Source: Macrostomum lignano (Eukaryota). From it: a stretch of DNA of 64,000 nucleotides. The notes beneath the pieces were generated by a model. It was given only the letters and a program-made list of their open reading frames with translations, was not told the origin of the DNA and searched no databases. The stretch covers positions 124,001 to 188,000 of the forward strand of contig NIVC01001344.1 in the NCBI GenBank assembly GCA_002269645.1. The letters are read 5' to 3'. Shown here in pieces: positions 63,886 through 64,000 of this stretch (its first letter is position 1; each line of letters opens with the position of its first letter). Both the position numbers and the translations under genes were made by a program.

Positions 63886-64000
63886 CCTTAATGAATGGGA
63901 AAAGAAGGAGTAAAAGTAGGATAGCAGATTTAGGTAGAAGCAGCCTATAACTGCAAAGCCATGAAGATAGCTTTTGCTGCCAAGTCATCATTGAAGTCAG

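Overview
Repeat-rich eukaryotic (metazoan) genomic DNA; the style resembles minisatellite-rich invertebrate genomes such as Macrostomum, but that is inference only. Bases ~6.6-52 kb are a tandem array of an 11-15 kb cassette: three near-complete units A, B, C and a partial D. It is bounded by inverted paralogous arms at 1-5.5 kb and 52.2-53.0 kb. Each cassette carries three different zinc-finger genes. One is a spliced nanos with a perfect tandem CCHC domain. One is a spliced TIS11/ZFP36-type CCCH gene missed by the ORF track. One is an intronless C2H2/C2HC-finger gene of unknown family ('gene X'). These are interleaved with intronless tRNA-Arg(TCT) genes (9 complete, 1 partial, 3 degenerate copies with a TTT anticodon), a recurrent GC-rich element ('E') and about ten minisatellite families. 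The units are diverging through coding-repeat length changes, microhomology and templated-insertion deletions, recombination and a polymorphic hAT MITE. Pumilio-response-element motifs lie just downstream of nanos and the CCCH gene. Right of the array are a 648-aa low-complexity gene whose 2.4-kb intron is almost pure (TATC)n, a 9-bp-TSD MITE and a degenerate Merlin (IS1595-like) DNA transposon. Most long ORFs in the supplied track are minisatellite artefacts. All coordinates and alignments were read by eye.
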